A stretch of 63,878 nucleotides of DNA, counting the filler, from Octopus bimaculoides (Eukaryota): assembly GCF_001194135.2 (NCBI RefSeq). It is 5 parts of 5 records of this genome, joined end to end, with 100 filler letters (N's around TTAATTAATTAA, not from the genome) between each part and the next. Parts side by side here need not be neighbours in the genome. Positions count along the whole stretch, not along the records: positions 60,865 to 63,878 come from NC_069002.1; 4 more parts are not named here. One strand, given 5' to 3'. The notes beneath the pieces were generated by a model. That model was not told where the DNA came from and ran no database searches. It saw only the letters and a list, made by a program, of their open reading frames with translations. Shown here in pieces: positions 63,535 through 63,878 of the stretch (position 1 is the first letter of the stretch; the number at the start of each line of letters is the position of its first letter). The translations under genes and the position numbers were made by a program.

Positions 63535-63750
63535 TCTTTTATTTATTTCAGTCATTTCACTGCGGCCTTGCTGGAGTACCGCCTTTAGTCGAAGAAATCG
63601 ACCCCAGGACTTATTCTTTGTAAGCCTAGTACTTATTTTATCAGTGTCTTTTGCCGAACCGATAAGTTACGGGGACGTAATCACACCAACATCGGTTGTC
63701 AAGCGATTGGTAGGGGGGGTCAAAGACAGACACTAACACAAACACAGACA
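63535..63750 (-). mobile_element. SINE family A copy, CpG-rich
   Basis: Same body with CpGs intact. Confidence 0.85.
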
Positions 63751-63878
63751 CACACACACACACACACATCACAGTAATGGTGCTGAAGGTGATGGCTGAT
63801 AGGTAGCTTGGAATACAGAGGAATAAATGACATTCAGCCAAAATAAAGAACATACGAGACAGCTTTAAGGTCGGACGT

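Overview
Animal genomic DNA, AT-rich and dense in microsatellites and SINEs, from a gapped draft assembly. The repeat families and style suggest an octopus (inference, not verified). The best-supported feature is the 3' part of an AUTS2/fibrosin-like (tay bridge family) gene on +. It has nine GT-AG exons in 3111-15016 that join in frame to about 600 aa, including the HQ-repeat exon, GAFQPK, the KWCAxHVxxAWxIYHHQQK motif and WNRLHxTPxSFPTPP. One clean exon of a peptidoglycan-recognition protein (PGRP/amidase_2) lies on - at 60381-60494. Between the two genes are decayed transposons: mariner, hAT, Helitron, RTE LINEs, a Penelope-like GIY-YIG element, piggyBac- and hAT-type MITEs, and many tRNA-derived SINEs. 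There are also a few orphan exon candidates on +. The most notable non-coding signal is a set of type-I hammerhead-ribozyme folds with palindromic stem III (24017-24941, 28541, 34604, 61051) around the Penelope remnant. Also notable are a roughly 140-bp-period array of ACTCGRGCT hairpins (61239-61880), a duplicated 51-nt exon-like cassette, large palindromes, and an apparent CpG-content boundary near 38 kb. Most listed ORFs are microsatellite or N-gap artefacts. Repeat boundaries are approximate and were read by eye.
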